Positions 1 through 8,547 of a stretch of DNA of 27,386 bases are shown here, in pieces. The position numbers and the translations under genes are program-made. How positions within the stretch are numbered: the first letter of the stretch is position 1; each line of letters opens with the position of its first letter. The notes beneath the pieces were generated by a model. The model saw only the letters and a list, made by a program, of their open reading frames with translations, was not told the origin of the DNA and made no database searches. The DNA is from Thermoplasmata archaeon (GTDB lineage: Archaea; Thermoplasmatota; B47-G6): NCBI GenBank assembly GCA_003663585.1, contig QMTU01000001.1, positions 1 to 27,386 of the forward strand. The letters are read 5' to 3'.

Positions 1-100
1 GACAGTAATATCTCCATCCTCTTGCCAAACCACACTCCCGCCGCTTTTATATGGTCCTTTTGGTGCTGCATCTGCCAACGCAGCCAGTTCCCGTGCCCAT

Positions 101-385
101 TCAAGGATTTTCATGGGCATGCTCCCTTGCCGGTTTATCCATCCTTACATAGATTGCCTCAAATTCATCGGACTTGCAGAAGTAGAGATCCCCGTTTTGG
201 TTCCTGACAATGTAGTCACCCACGGCCGCTCGCATTCGACCTTCTGGTGTGTCGATATAGGCACACCTATTCTTCGGATCGTATACCACCCCTGGTATGT
301 GCAAATCGCTTGGGTGCTGTGCATCGAGTATCTCGTCTGTTAGTTGACAGGCTTCAACCATCATCTGTATCTCGTGATTTTTCAT
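101..385 (-). CDS. Conserved phage hypothetical protein (TxEG...GD[YW]I...YxCKxDxFxxxY type)
   Basis: DTPEGRMRAAVGDYIVRNQNGDLYFCKSDEFEAIY resembles a common phage family; start moved to ATG 385 after the upstream stop and an AAGGAA RBS. Confidence 0.6.
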   Translation of the reverse strand: MKNHEIQMMVEACQLTDEILDAQHPSDLHIPGVVYDPKNRCAYIDTPEGRMRAAVGDYIVRNQNGDLYFCKSDEFEAIYVRMDKPAREHAHENP

Positions 386-389
386 AGCA

Positions 390-791
390 CTATTCCTTTT
401 CAACTTTGCCATCAACTGCAGGAACACCATACGGCAAGCACCCAAACCTGATATCGTCATCGGTTGCGCCGGGAATAAATGCTTCCCTGTTCCCAGAAAT
501 ACCTTCTACTTCATATCCGGAAGGAATATGGTGGTACCACTCGCCAGGAAACAGCATCAATCTACCATCCCAGTTTCCACAGCCAAGCTCCGCTAGTTGC
601 TTGACCGTCATTTTCTTCAAGTCACTCCACTCAACGCTGCTACCCGGTGGACACGCTGGTGCTGGCATGTCTGGCGTGCGTGTGAATTGCGGGATTATAA
701 TCTCGATGACATCACCTGGCTTAGCCTCAACTGCCTCTGCTATGGCCTCGGCAGCCTCGGACATTGGAACAGTCTTTATCTTTCTTCTCAT
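390..791 (-). CDS. Hypothetical protein
   Basis: 133-aa ORF in the tightly packed minus-strand array. Confidence 0.6.
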   Translation of the reverse strand: MRRKIKTVPMSEAAEAIAEAVEAKPGDVIEIIIPQFTRTPDMPAPACPPGSSVEWSDLKKMTVKQLAELGCGNWDGRLMLFPGEWYHHIPSGYEVEGISGNREAFIPGATDDDIRFGCLPYGVPAVDGKVEKE

Positions 792-795
792 TGTC

Positions 796-1062
796 TCACT
801 TCCTTTTCTTTTCTAAGCCCTGGGTAAACCCGCATACGCCACCGAACATCCAGCCTATTGCAGCCCAAAAACATTGAAATTTGAAGAAATCCCAGTTAGG
901 ATGTTCTATGCCAAGGGACACTATTGCACAGGTCGGCACTGAAAAGAAAAGTACAAATGCTACTCCAATGAGACCACCAAATAGAGCTTTTCCGAATATA
1001 ATAAAGCAGTCTTTGGGTGATCCTTTTGCCTCAGGCTTTGTCATCGCAATCTCCCTGGGCAC
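796..1062 (-). CDS. Small two-TM membrane protein
   Basis: Two hydrophobic segments and basic C-terminus KKRK; true start may be ATG 1044. Confidence 0.55.
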   Translation of the reverse strand: MPREIAMTKPEAKGSPKDCFIIFGKALFGGLIGVAFVLFFSVPTCAIVSLGIEHPNWDFFKFQCFWAAIGWMFGGVCGFTQGLEKKRK

Positions 1063-1092
1063 TCATTGCATGTTCTTGTCATAACTTTCTCT

Positions 1093-1296
1093 TTAGCCTT
1101 TGCGTCCTTTTTTCTTAGGAGCCTTCTTTTTGGCCGTTGTGTGTGTGGCACTGTTGATATAACGACACTTACCACAAACGGTGCAACACGCCTGGCCGCT
1201 CTTTGGACCCTTTTCAGAGCATGGATTATGTACACGCATATGCCATCCATACCGTTCATCCTGGAATTTATGTTCGCAGTTGCATCTTAGAATCAT
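1093..1296 (-). CDS. Small Zn-binding phage protein with basic tail
   Basis: CxCxH...HN...CTVC motifs and KKKAPKKKGRKG tail; GGAGG RBS. Confidence 0.6.
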   Translation of the reverse strand: MILRCNCEHKFQDERYGWHMRVHNPCSEKGPKSGQACCTVCGKCRYINSATHTTAKKKAPKKKGRKG

Positions 1297-1694
1297 TATT
1301 GCCTCCGATAATTAGCAAAGTCGTCTTTAGTAAAAGAATATGTCTCAGTTGGGTTAGTACTTAGATCAGTACACGTAACAGTAACTTTGCAGAAGCCCTC
1401 ATTGGCTTCCCAAATTGCTTCGCAGATATGCTGAGCCAACTCATCCTCCGTCTCTATTTCATCAAACGGAAGGTAGTCTGCTCCCTCGAGATATAGACAG
1501 TTTGGTACACCCCTCCTGGACGGTAGAAACCCAGTCTCATCTACACTCCATACTTTACTGGCCGCATCTGTAATTGCTTCTATTTTGGACGCATCGATAC
1601 TACGTGCTTCTACATAGACTTCATATGGTATACTCATCATTCCTCCAATATTCTTTTTTTTAATCGTTTTTGTTAAGTAGTTTCTCCTTATCAA
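1296..1694 (-). CDS. Hypothetical protein
   Basis: ORF in array; alternative start at 1640 behind a GGAGGA RBS. Confidence 0.55.
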   Translation of the reverse strand: MIRRNYLTKTIKKKNIGGMMSIPYEVYVEARSIDASKIEAITDAASKVWSVDETGFLPSRRGVPNCLYLEGADYLPFDEIETEDELAQHICEAIWEANEGFCKVTVTCTDLSTNPTETYSFTKDDFANYRRQ

Positions 1695-2392
1695 TCTATA
1701 ACCCTAATTCTACGATTACCGTCTGGATCCATTCCCAAAGTGTGCCTCTCAAGGGAGCTAGCGTCCTCAAAATCAACAGTGTGTGAAATGGCTTGGCTAA
1801 TAGCAATAATATTTTCATCGCAAATATTATAGCCACGTTTAATATACTTAACCATTCTTTTTAGACTGGACAACGGCAGTTCCGATCCTATAAACACTAG
1901 GACTCTGCCAGCGAGGTGTTCGAAGAAAGCTTTGTGGTGCAGAACTTTACCCGTAACGCGCATTTCAGTGAGAGCGTCTGCTATCTCTTGGGTTGTCTCT
2001 GTCTGATCGTCGAAGTTTAACGTTAGGCATGCCGCACACACTGTAAAGTCGAATTTTTCTATGATTTCTTCCGGCTCGCCGGCTAAATACGTTACTACCT
2101 GGACAAGCTTGTCATCTTTCTTATATGTAGCAGCAGTGGTACTAGCAAACACTTTCTCCCACCCTGCTTGCTCCAGTATATCGGTAGCATCTTCGGCATC
2201 TGTTGATGATCGGAAATATAGATCCATATCTTTAGGAGTCTCGCCAGCATAAAAGGCTCTCACAAACCCGCCGGCGATAATAGCATTTTCGATATCTACG
2301 AGCTCTTTACACCATACTATGGCAGCGTTTAGCAGCGGCTGAGGAGCATCGCGTGATAGAAACTCGCTCCTTGACTCTGAAGTAGAAGCCAT
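1691..2392 (-). CDS. Nucleotidyltransferase, poly(A) polymerase/CCA-adding head-domain-like
   Basis: IIAGGFVR...KDMDLYF (GGxVR + DxD) and FDFTVC motifs. Confidence 0.7.
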   Translation of the reverse strand: MASTSESRSEFLSRDAPQPLLNAAIVWCKELVDIENAIIAGGFVRAFYAGETPKDMDLYFRSSTDAEDATDILEQAGWEKVFASTTAATYKKDDKLVQVVTYLAGEPEEIIEKFDFTVCAACLTLNFDDQTETTQEIADALTEMRVTGKVLHHKAFFEHLAGRVLVFIGSELPLSSLKRMVKYIKRGYNICDENIIAISQAISHTVDFEDASSLERHTLGMDPDGNRRIRVID

Positions 2393-2703
2393 TATTTCTC
2401 TCCCTGAACTATGGTGTTTTCGATGGATGTCTTATCTACATTCGTATAAATATATCCAACTAGGCGATCGCCAAATGGCTTGCAGTGGAATTCATAGATA
2501 ATTTCGTAACCATACGGAGCTGCGTATGTATCTACTAGTTTCCAATTGCTGGCTATCTCTGCTCGTTGGAGTTGCTTATCAGATAGCTTCGGAGTAAATC
2601 CATCATTAATTCTCTTCTTATTATTTTTTACATACGCAATAAGCGCCTGCTTGAATCTGGGCATTGTGATTCGCTTAGTGGTTCTTGTGCGCCTGCTGAC
2701 CAT
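2392..2703 (-). CDS. Hypothetical protein
   Basis: 103-aa ORF with TAATG coupling to neighbours. Confidence 0.6.
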   Translation of the reverse strand: MVSRRTRTTKRITMPRFKQALIAYVKNNKKRINDGFTPKLSDKQLQRAEIASNWKLVDTYAAPYGYEIIYEFHCKPFGDRLVGYIYTNVDKTSIENTIVQGEK

Positions 2704-3179
2704 TAAATACTCCTGTCTGAAGGCTGGACATATGATAGTTTCAGCACCTTATAGATCTCCTCTTCTGTCTTACCGGCAACACGCTTGCCGCTCAAAGAGA
2801 ATAGTCCATACTGGTTTAGTTTATATCCCATAATTCTCGCATGTCTGCGCATTCGTATATTATAATTCTTGCTACCAGTTAGGTATAATAGCGCAGCGCC
2901 ATAGCCTTCTGGCTTTGCGAAGAAAATGTCTGCCTGGATATCTTTATAAATGATACCGGCCATTGATCTGTTAAGACGTACAATATCTACTGATAGCTTA
3001 TTAACCAATAGAGAGTCGCCTATACAGACTATGTCTATGTCATGTATCACAGGGCATTTTCTTCTAAGAGATCCAGCAAGAGATATATTCGTTGCGCCAA
3101 ATTGTTCGAGATCTTGTATGAGTTCAGTGGCAATCTCGAGACCTGCTGATGCTGGCATCTCCCTTTTGAAGGATGGCAT
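2703..3179 (-). CDS. Minimal family X DNA polymerase (palm + thumb only)
   Basis: AGSLRR...HDIDIV, ADIF, LLYLTGSKNYNIRMR, GYKLNQYGL. Confidence 0.85.
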   Translation of the reverse strand: MPSFKREMPASAGLEIATELIQDLEQFGATNISLAGSLRRKCPVIHDIDIVCIGDSLLVNKLSVDIVRLNRSMAGIIYKDIQADIFFAKPEGYGAALLYLTGSKNYNIRMRRHARIMGYKLNQYGLFSLSGKRVAGKTEEEIYKVLKLSYVQPSDRSI

Positions 3180-3412
3180 TACTCGTCGTCCATTTTAGTT
3201 GCGAAGTCGTTTAGGAGCCTTTCTACTGTCTTCTCGTCTCCAAGGGCCGCAGCTATCGAAGCCGCAAGGATCATTGCCCCTGACGCTTCTTCGTCGAGAT
3301 CTGAATCCGGTAGGTAAAGTAAAAATGATCCATCTCCACGGAACACAAGTGCAGCATCGTTTGTATCGAGCTTGATAACAGTGGTAGGCGATTCGGACTT
3401 GGTTTCATTCAT
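3179..3412 (-). CDS. Hypothetical protein
   Basis: Start refined to ATG 3412 (GGAG RBS after the upstream stop). Confidence 0.55.
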   Translation of the reverse strand: MNETKSESPTTVIKLDTNDAALVFRGDGSFLLYLPDSDLDEEASGAMILAASIAAALGDEKTVERLLNDFATKMDDE

Positions 3413-3422
3413 TATGGTCTCC

Positions 3423-3608
3423 TTAAGAATGCTTATAGAGAAATAGCTTTCTTTCATATCCTCGGTGATCTGGAATGATTCTGTATATATACAAAAGTCT
3501 ATCGACATACAAGGTTTTCAGCGCTTCTACAACCTCGCTAGCATCTAGGTCTGTTTTCCAGGCAATTCTGCCCATCTGAGCTTCGTCTACCTCATAATAG
3601 TAAATCAT
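3423..3608 (-). CDS. Hypothetical protein
   Basis: 61-aa ORF filling the gap, ATGA overlap with the HAD gene. Confidence 0.5.
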   Translation of the reverse strand: MIYYYEVDEAQMGRIAWKTDLDASEVVEALKTLYVDRLLYIYRIIPDHRGYERKLFLYKHS

Positions 3609-4063
3609 GTGATATTTCCTCTATTTAGAATTGGATAGATATGCTCTAGTTTCAGGCCGCCTTTTGTCCAGCCATCTTTTACATGGATGATATTCTCATC
3701 CGGGAATAACTCTCTAATGTCTTTCACAAAGTCGTCTATAATAATGAAATCAGTTGGATTTCCATTGTCCTGAAGCCACATAGAAATCTTTTCGCCTCGT
3801 GTATAATCGAATGGTGACTCCGTCTTTGGAGTTATTCCAATAACTTTTCCTCGCACTCCAGCGTCTTGTAGCATTGTCTTCAGCTCTTCAAATGTAAATA
3901 GATGTCTCCATGTAGAAGAGATGACAATGTCTGCATTAGTTTGCTTAATGAGCATATTAAGAGCATCTATGGCTTCTGGATCAAAATTAGTAGGAAGACC
4001 AAATAGGCCACAGTTTGATCTCTCTGTTACTATTACTCCATCGAAGTCGAGGAATATTATCAT
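3605..4063 (-). CDS. HAD-superfamily phosphatase, RNA-repair (Swiss-Army-Knife) type
   Basis: FLDFDGV, IVISSTWR, FIIIDD motifs; adjacent to RNA ligase. Confidence 0.8.
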   Translation of the reverse strand: MIIFLDFDGVIVTERSNCGLFGLPTNFDPEAIDALNMLIKQTNADIVISSTWRHLFTFEELKTMLQDAGVRGKVIGITPKTESPFDYTRGEKISMWLQDNGNPTDFIIIDDFVKDIRELFPDENIIHVKDGWTKGGLKLEHIYPILNRGNIT

Positions 4064-4071
4064 GGTATCTC

Positions 4072-5181
4072 CTAAAGCTTTGATTTTGCCAGATATTCGG
4101 GACTTCTCTGTTTTATGATCAGTCTTCCATGCAAAGCAGGACTATACTCTTCTATCAGTGGGCGGATTACTATACCTTCTCGCAAAGCGTCCATTTTTAA
4201 GATACTCTTACCAGTAGATGCTTTCTTTAGGGCATCAATTGGTTGATCTCCTTGTTGTATGTAACTTTCGAGTACTTTACTGAGAGTATCTCCCTTCGAT
4301 ATAATTGGAACAATATCAGCAGTTCCTTTCAAACAGAGAAAATCTTCCACATCAAGGAATCTGTTATCGACTTTTATATCAAATAGATATACTTTGTGAC
4401 TTTGAAGATCATAAATATTCTTCTGCACTCCAGGACCACAAAACTCTCCGTATAACACTATCATACTGGCTTCTGGGTATTTCGCCTGAACGGCTTCCAG
4501 AATACTCTCAAATCCTTGCTCTGTATATGCTTTTATGAATGGATGCTCTTCTTCATCATCCTTAGGGATAATGGCATGTCTTCGTGTGTTAATGCTGGTT
4601 TTCCATTCTCCATCCTGCAGGAATCTGGTAGCACTCCAGTTGCTTCCTTCTAGCTTCTCTGTGATAAGCACAGGAATTTCTAGTAGTCTATCTAGGGCAC
4701 TTTTATATCTCTGAGCTCCTTCAATATCGTAGACAGTCTGGCCAGGTGGAAGAGTGGCCATTCGTACCGACCTACCTCCGCCGAGTCCGCTGATGCGTTC
4801 CGGCGGCTCATATTTTTCTACTCTCAGAAGCGCTGTAAGCTCCTCTGAGGGCATTGCTTCAACTTCCGAGGGGTCTAGGGTGTCTAGGATGTCCAATGGC
4901 CCCACAAGGCCTTGAGAGACCTGTCCGCGTAATCTGATGGTTTTGACTCTGTTCTTCTTCGGGCCAGAGAGATACCCCTTAACTCCTAGTTTCTCTTGCA
5001 CATCTTCGGGGATTAGGCTATCTATCGGAAAATAAAGGCATTTATCTCCAGGCTTCCATTGGTCTCGTCCAACTACAAACTCGAAACCCATTCCCTCCAG
5101 AGTGCATACATCTAACCTATCTGAGTTTTCTACTGGCTTTACGGTGGCAATTGTCTCAACTGTAACACCGAAGAATGCCAT
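4072..5181 (-). CDS. RNA ligase, DRB0094-like family (N-terminal OB module + ligase domain)
   Basis: N-terminal VETIATVKPVENSDRLD, YFPIDS, RGQVSQGL; motif I TEKLEGSN; LYGE, FDIK, EGIVIR, IIKQRSPEYL. Confidence 0.88.
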   Translation of the reverse strand: MAFFGVTVETIATVKPVENSDRLDVCTLEGMGFEFVVGRDQWKPGDKCLYFPIDSLIPEDVQEKLGVKGYLSGPKKNRVKTIRLRGQVSQGLVGPLDILDTLDPSEVEAMPSEELTALLRVEKYEPPERISGLGGGRSVRMATLPPGQTVYDIEGAQRYKSALDRLLEIPVLITEKLEGSNWSATRFLQDGEWKTSINTRRHAIIPKDDEEEHPFIKAYTEQGFESILEAVQAKYPEASMIVLYGEFCGPGVQKNIYDLQSHKVYLFDIKVDNRFLDVEDFLCLKGTADIVPIISKGDTLSKVLESYIQQGDQPIDALKKASTGKSILKMDALREGIVIRPLIEEYSPALHGRLIIKQRSPEYLAKSKL

Positions 5182-5199
5182 CGAAACCTCCTTTTTTTT

Positions 5200-5439
5200 C
5201 TACTTCAAAACTGCCTCTACATCAGAGAGATTTACTGCTGGTCCCACCAGCGTAATACATTCGGCTCTCGGAAATACCCTTGCGACTGCAGCCATGCTTG
5301 TGGCATGGCAATACACAATACCGTCATCTACTGTTATATAGACGGGGTGAGTTATTGTGTTAATATTGGATACAGTTTTGGTAGCGTTGGTAGTCCTGAG
5401 ATGCATTCGATAGCAGTTGAGCGTGGGAATATGAGGCAT
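5200..5439 (-). CDS. Hypothetical protein
   Basis: 79-aa ORF with AAGGAG RBS. Confidence 0.55.
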   Translation of the reverse strand: MPHIPTLNCYRMHLRTTNATKTVSNINTITHPVYITVDDGIVYCHATSMAAVARVFPRAECITLVGPAVNLSDVEAVLK

Positions 5440-5463
5440 AATATTCTCCTTGTTCTACTGTTC

Positions 5464-5495
5464 TTTTTTTGTGATCGGAGCTGATTCCGATCACA
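5464..5495 (-). other. Intergenic 10-bp hairpin followed by A7 on the sense strand
   Basis: TGTGATCGGA-GCTGAT-TCCGATCACA (5470-5495) preceded by T7 on the + strand. Confidence 0.7.
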
Positions 5496-5513
5496 GTAAC
5501 TTTTCTCTTTCGG

Positions 5514-5972
5514 TTAGCAGAGACCTTCGACAAGATTGGTTAGCTGAGCCCTGTTGTATCCTTCGCTTACAGCTAGGCCGATAAGCCGGCTCTGTTGCAA
5601 TTCGTCAGATCCTGCTTTCTTGATGATGGCGGCTGCAACAGTTAACGGACTGGCATCAGAGGGAATATCTAGCTCGCGCTCTAGCAGTGAGGGCTCGGGC
5701 TGAGCCTCGTCCTCATCATCGAAGCCTCCAAGTTCATCATCGGCACATAGATCGTCTACCGGAATGTCTTCGGCAGGTACCGCATCGATCTCTTCGATAG
5801 CTTCAATAAGCAGGTCCGTGTCAAGCTCGCCAGCCAATCCGTACATGGAAGCCTCAGACCAAATGATTGCCACCTCGATGGCTCTGGCTGCTGCCGGGTT
5901 GGCTGCTTTTAGGGAGTCTAGGGCTTCTGCAACAGCACTTTCTAGCCTATTTTGCTCGTTACTCTCACACAT
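5514..5972 (-). CDS. Acidic hypothetical protein
   Basis: 152-aa ORF, D/E-rich central linker, GGAGG RBS. Confidence 0.65.
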   Translation of the reverse strand: MCESNEQNRLESAVAEALDSLKAANPAAARAIEVAIIWSEASMYGLAGELDTDLLIEAIEEIDAVPAEDIPVDDLCADDELGGFDDEDEAQPEPSLLERELDIPSDASPLTVAAAIIKKAGSDELQQSRLIGLAVSEGYNRAQLTNLVEGLC

Positions 5973-6264
5973 GGTCTTCCTCCTTTTTAGGGTTTTCAGT
6001 TGGGGTTGAAAATGGTGATTCTGCGAGCCTGATTTTATCTAAATCGATTATATCCATCTCTAGATCTTTTCTTATACGCTCCAGCATTTTAGCGAATGAT
6101 TCCTTTGCTTCGTTATCATCATTTGCATAGCACACTTGTAAGCTAACAGGACTTGTGGTGACTCCCCAAATCTTGTGGTCGTCATTGTAATATGCCTCAA
6201 TTACTTCATATATTACATAGCCATTCTCTACTCTTTTACCTAGCCTGTACATCCATCCGCTCAT
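5965..6264 (-). CDS. Phage hypothetical protein
   Basis: WMYR...IYEVIEAYYNDD motif typical of small phage proteins. Confidence 0.6.
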   Translation of the reverse strand: MSGWMYRLGKRVENGYVIYEVIEAYYNDDHKIWGVTTSPVSLQVCYANDDNEAKESFAKMLERIRKDLEMDIIDLDKIRLAESPFSTPTENPKKEEDHV

Positions 6265-7439
6265 GTTTCTCCTCGTTTCTGCAGCTGAAAAGCTGCCTCG
6301 GTTATTTCGGCTGTTAGAGTACTTATTTTCTCTAAATCCGGGCTATGTGGGACGACATAATCCTTTTCCTTATAGCGTTTAATTAGCTGCGAATCAAGGT
6401 TATCTGCTAGCATAACTAGCTCATCGTACGACATTTTACCACCTCTTATCTTCTGGAGGAATCTGGCTCTTTCTGGATCCTTTAGCGTGAGGGTCCCGGA
6501 GCTTAATATTTCCTGGGCCTGCAGTAGCAGCCTTATCAGATGCATAGCATGCTTAGTATCATAACCATATTTACGTTCCAATTCTGCACGCACAGGATTT
6601 CTGTTGGCCTTCCATGTTTGGTATTGTTTCCAGTGATTTAGTGCAGCCCTATACTTCTTTTCTTGTTGGAGAACAGCGGTATACGAATCGCTCATATCGT
6701 ATCCTTTAGCCGCTGCCCATCTAACAATTTCCATTACTTTCTCTTCATCTATGGCCTTTGTTATACCACGATCGTGTAAAATATATGCAACAATTTGTAC
6801 AAGATCTTCCCTGAGCCTTTCTATAATCTCCTTGTCTATATCTACCTTCTCTAGTAGCCATAATCTGGCCATCTCGTCGATTAATTTGTTAGCAGCCTGA
6901 CGCTGATCCTCTGGTATAAGGCTATAGTTCGGTAATCCGAATTCTTCCCTAGTCGGTTTATGAGAAGGTGGATGAAGTATCCAGGATCTATGAGTTCTAA
7001 TTCTCTTTAGTTGGCTATGTGCGTAGCCAGAGAAAGTATGGACAGCTCTAGTAGTCAGAAAGAGCTTTCTATTACGTCTAAGTAGTTTAGCAAGATCGTC
7101 CATATAGAGAATATCTTCTTTGTCTACAAACAGTAGCTCTACTATATTGGGATTACACTTGGTGGCTAGGTTAATGAATTTATGAAAATCGTAGAGGCTG
7201 ACATCAATGATAGGATTCTGTATTACACGTCGTTTTAATTGGTTAATCCAGGGAAAGTTATCTGCTTTATCATATGTCTGATTGATGGTGTAGAAATCCA
7301 GGCTTCTGCTAAGAAAAAGCTTTTTTGGCGGAATATACCATCCTCTGATATCGACGTCACTATCGGTAGTTGCTGTTCCATAGGAATGACTGCCGCTTAT
7401 TACTACGTATGAAGTGTAGTCTTCAAGGGAAAATTTCAT
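6261..7439 (-). CDS. Pol-beta superfamily nucleotidyltransferase, RlaP-like
   Basis: SGSHSYGTATTDSDVDIRG, KCNPNIVELLF, YDTKHAMHLIRLL. Confidence 0.85.
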   Translation of the reverse strand: MKFSLEDYTSYVVISGSHSYGTATTDSDVDIRGWYIPPKKLFLSRSLDFYTINQTYDKADNFPWINQLKRRVIQNPIIDVSLYDFHKFINLATKCNPNIVELLFVDKEDILYMDDLAKLLRRNRKLFLTTRAVHTFSGYAHSQLKRIRTHRSWILHPPSHKPTREEFGLPNYSLIPEDQRQAANKLIDEMARLWLLEKVDIDKEIIERLREDLVQIVAYILHDRGITKAIDEEKVMEIVRWAAAKGYDMSDSYTAVLQQEKKYRAALNHWKQYQTWKANRNPVRAELERKYGYDTKHAMHLIRLLLQAQEILSSGTLTLKDPERARFLQKIRGGKMSYDELVMLADNLDSQLIKRYKEKDYVVPHSPDLEKISTLTAEITEAAFQLQKRGET

Positions 7440-7936
7440 TCGTCATCCTCATCTTTGTCTTTAGACACTATGTAGATAGTTGCATCCTTTTTTCTTAAAA
7501 GATTAGCTAAATCTTTTGCGGGGATCCAGCAGCTACTAACGCCGTCATAGTGATTAACTACTTTATAATAAGCTCCTGATGGTGTTTTGTCTACGATAAG
7601 AGAAAAATGCGGAACATGTTTTCTTGTTTTCTTGTCAAACCACGGTGCATCTAAAAGCACGATTTTTCCCTTGTCTAACTGCTTCTTTATGTATCTTCTT
7701 GTTGGGCGTTTCCCATTGGAGATATGTATGCCAGGAATATTCCTGACGACCTCTACAAGATCTTTAGCCCAGGTTCCTTCTAGGTCTGTCTTTGTTAGTG
7801 TGGTTAGTAGGCCCTTGGCTAATTTCTCTGTTACACGTCGGCCGAGAAATGTTTTTATGCCAGCCCACTTCATAATATTAAGAACAGCAATTGGACCACA
7901 TCGAAAACTATCCCTTTGTCCAAGCCATCTAACCAT
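7436..7936 (-). CDS. C39-like cysteine peptidase
   Basis: QRDSFRCGP (Gln + Cys), HFSLI (His), VVN (Asn). Confidence 0.7.
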   Translation of the reverse strand: MVRWLGQRDSFRCGPIAVLNIMKWAGIKTFLGRRVTEKLAKGLLTTLTKTDLEGTWAKDLVEVVRNIPGIHISNGKRPTRRYIKKQLDKGKIVLLDAPWFDKKTRKHVPHFSLIVDKTPSGAYYKVVNHYDGVSSCWIPAKDLANLLRKKDATIYIVSKDKDEDDE

Positions 7937-7945
7937 TCTGGCCTC

Positions 7946-8347
7946 CTATTTAGTCACTATTTTGGCTATCTTGCCAGAGCTGGTAGAAAAATAGAAGTTC
8001 TTGCATCCTCTTGCTATTAGAAATTCATAGCAATGATTACAGGGCGCTGCGTCTGCAAGTCTTTTCCCAATCCTAAGCAGCCGTATATTTACAATTTCCC
8101 AGCTCTTGTTATCTATCAATAGTCCTCTGGCCTTTTTCCACGCATCTATTTCACTGTGTATCCCAGCATAGCTAGGATACCCGTACTGACGTGGAGGAGA
8201 TGCGGGTCTATTGACACCTATCTCTAGTATTTTATTGTTTTGGACAACGAAGGTATAATGAATAGATTTGCCTTTCCAGGAAGGATGAGACGGAAGGTCT
8301 TTGCTCCTGGCAATCCTAATACACTGCCGAAGAATATTTCCAGTCAT
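7946..8347 (-). CDS. Zn-dependent cytidine/dCMP deaminase-fold protein
   Basis: IHSEIDA (HxE) and APCNHC (PCxxC). Confidence 0.75.
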   Translation of the reverse strand: MTGNILRQCIRIARSKDLPSHPSWKGKSIHYTFVVQNNKILEIGVNRPASPPRQYGYPSYAGIHSEIDAWKKARGLLIDNKSWEIVNIRLLRIGKRLADAAPCNHCYEFLIARGCKNFYFSTSSGKIAKIVTK

Positions 8348-8352
8348 TAAGC

Positions 8353-8547
8353 TTACTTCTTTGTTTGAGTAACAATATACGTAGCTAGAGCATCAGCTAG
8401 CAGTTGACGCCATTCCTCGCTTTCTGGCTTATAGTCAGCTGCCATATCTGCTTCGTGCTGAGTGAGAAATTCTGTAATGAGAACTCGCAACTTGGCTACT
8501 GTAATAGTCAAGCCAGGTTTTCTTCTCTGCTTACGCACTATTCCCAT
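8353..8547 (-). CDS. Hypothetical protein
   Basis: 64-aa ORF, TAATG-coupled to the kinase gene. Confidence 0.5.
   Translation of the reverse strand: MGIVRKQRRKPGLTITVAKLRVLITEFLTQHEADMAADYKPESEEWRQLLADALATYIVTQTKK

Noticed and set aside
5464-5495. Intergenic hairpins as canonical Rho-independent terminators
   Set aside because: The T-tract is on the wrong side for the coding strand
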